Shown here in pieces: positions 17,621 through 18,874 of a stretch of 18,874 nucleotides of DNA. Where the stretch lies: the NCBI GenBank assembly GCA_043822705.1, contig JBDRBK010000091.1, forward strand, positions 1 through 18,874, read 5' to 3'. The notes under the pieces were generated by a model. It was not told the origin of the DNA. It saw only the letters and a list, made by a program, of their open reading frames with translations, and ran no database searches. The stretch comes from Fidelibacterota bacterium. GTDB lineage: Bacteria > Fidelibacterota > Marinisomatia > Marinisomatales > TCS56. Within the stretch, counting starts at the first letter, position 1. Each line of letters starts with the position of its first letter. Both the position numbers and the translations under genes were made by a program.

Positions 17621-17687
17621 CGAACGAAATGATTCTGTATCCAATCAGCAGCTAAACTGTAAACAAGAAAAGTAACAGGAGATTACC

Positions 17688-18089
17688 ATGCAAAGAGGCA
17701 GTATAAATAAAGTAATACTAGTCGGTCATCTTGGTGGCGTACCGGAAAGCCGATATACTCCATCCGGGAGCGCAGTGGCGAATTTTAATCTTGCTACCAA
17801 CGAATCGTGGCGAACGGCGGACGGTACCAACGAGGAACATACGGAATGGCACCGCTGTATTTTGTTTGGAAAATTGGCAGAGCGCGCTAAGGAATTTTTA
17901 AAGAAGGGACAGATGATATATTTTGAGGGAAGACTGCGCACGCGTTCCTGGGAAGACAAAGACGGCGTAAAGCGCTACACAACCGAAGTGATCGGCGACA
18001 ATTTTACGATGTTGGGTAAAAAAGAAGCGGACAGCGCACCGGCGGATGATGTTCCCGCCGGTAACGAAGATGACGATCTACCATTCTAG
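17688..18089 (+). CDS. ssb: Single-stranded DNA-binding protein
   Basis: 133 aa; [54 protein letters not shown], acidic tip DDDLPF. Confidence 0.97.
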   Translation: MQRGSINKVILVGHLGGVPESRYTPSGSAVANFNLATNESWRTADGTNEEHTEWHRCILFGKLAERAKEFLKKGQMIYFEGRLRTRSWEDKDGVKRYTTEVIGDNFTMLGKKEADSAPADDVPAGNEDDDLPF

Positions 18090-18108
18090 CAAGGGCGATA
18101 AAATATAG

Positions 18109-18150
18109 AAAAACAAGAGGCGGGTTCCGATACCCGCCTCTTGTTTTTTT
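18109..18150 (+). terminator. Intrinsic terminator after ssb (likely bidirectional)
   Basis: AAAAACAAGAGGCGGGT-TCCGAT-ACCCGCCTCTTGTTTTT, a perfect 17-bp inverted repeat ending in a T7 run, with an A-run on the 5' side. Confidence 0.92.
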
Positions 18151-18206
18151 ACTGTTTAACCAGACAGCAAGAAGGAAGAAGGTGTTTTGAATCACTGCCT
18201 CCTATA

Positions 18207-18235
18207 TTGACTGCAATATCGCTTTTTTTTATTAT
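18207..18235 (+). promoter_or_regulatory. Putative sigma70 promoter of the downstream secreted-protein gene
   Basis: TTGACT 18207-18212, 17-bp spacer, TATTAT 18230-18235. Confidence 0.55.
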
Positions 18236-18304
18236 GGATCAGTGTTATCTTCGATTGCAGTGCAACAACCTGCGTAAATGTGCTCAGAAACCACAGGATA
18301 TGGA

Positions 18305-18874
18305 ATGAATAAAATTAAGATATCGGCAATTTTTATTTTTGCCGCGCTATTGTCCAGCCAAACATTAGAGGTGAACGGTCAATTTAATCAGTTTTTCACC
18401 TATTATATCAGCTCGGTTGATATTAATACTGGCGAGACCGACATTCAGCTCTTTAGTTACCGGTTGGATTGCCCGGATTGCCCTACCGACATAAACGGTA
18501 ATTATTCGCCGGTAGTGGCAGTCGACATCAAGTTCAAAATGACGGTCAGATCCGCAGCGCTGGGCATCGACGATGAAAAAACCATTATGTCGATCTACAC
18601 AAAAAAACCGATTAAAATACTGGCGCCTGTTCAACTCGACAATCGCGATTTTACGCTGGACGCGCTTGATATTTTTGATGAGCACGGAAATTTGGTGTCG
18701 ATCAGCATTGGTATTAACGACGACGAATCCCTTGACGACGAAGAAATGATGGACATGTTCAATGCGATTGTCCAGACCGCTCAACTGCCGGACGGTGAAT
18801 ACAAGCTGAGCATTGATATCGAGGCCGGCTATTATGATTTTTCCAGTGAAAACTGGACGGTCAAATTTCCGGTT
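18305..18874 (+). CDS. Secreted hypothetical protein (3' end runs off the window)
   Basis: Absent from the ORF track. Open for 190 codons from ATG 18305 (SD AGGA 18295-18298): MNKIKISAIFIFAALLSSQTLEVNGQFNQFFTYYISSVDINTGETDIQLFSYRLDCPDCPTDINGNYSPVV...AIVQTAQLPDGEYKLSIDIEAG...; signal-peptide-like N-terminus and acidic mature part. Confidence 0.8.
   Translation, partial: MNKIKISAIFIFAALLSSQTLEVNGQFNQFFTYYISSVDINTGETDIQLFSYRLDCPDCPTDINGNYSPVVAVDIKFKMTVRSAALGIDDEKTIMSIYTKKPIKILAPVQLDNRDFTLDALDIFDEHGNLVSISIGINDDESLDDEEMMDMFNAIVQTAQLPDGEYKLSIDIEAGYYDFSSENWTVKFPV

Noticed and set aside
18365..18784. 139-aa minus-strand ORF
   Set aside because: Antisense to the plus-strand frame, which has a promoter, SD and signal peptide.

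Overview
Core chromosomal replication-origin region of a diderm bacterium. The sigma70-type TTGACA promoters, Shine-Dalgarno sites, long periplasmic YidC and SurA-like foldases fit an FCB-group lineage outside Bacteroidetes such as Marinimicrobia, but this taxonomy is inference only. The minus strand reads rpmH-yidD-yidC-mnmE-mnmG-mfd-PPIase lipoprotein-surA-like-[oriC]-dnaN-recF-dciA/DUF721-gyrB (partial). The plus strand reads dnaA-lexA-ssb-terminator-secreted hypothetical protein (partial). No mobile element, CRISPR array, tRNA or rRNA was seen. Main departures from the canonical layout: (1) dnaA is about 11 kb from dnaN and the DnaA-box cluster, as if the surA..dnaA block had been inverted; (2) lexA and ssb follow dnaA, each with a TTGACA-N18-TACTAT promoter, and a perfect GGCGTAC-N7-GTACGCC palindrome over the lexA -10 is a candidate SOS box; (3) rnpA is missing from its usual place between rpmH and yidD; (4) two parS sites bracket mnmG, and one of them also encodes the Mfd N-terminus.
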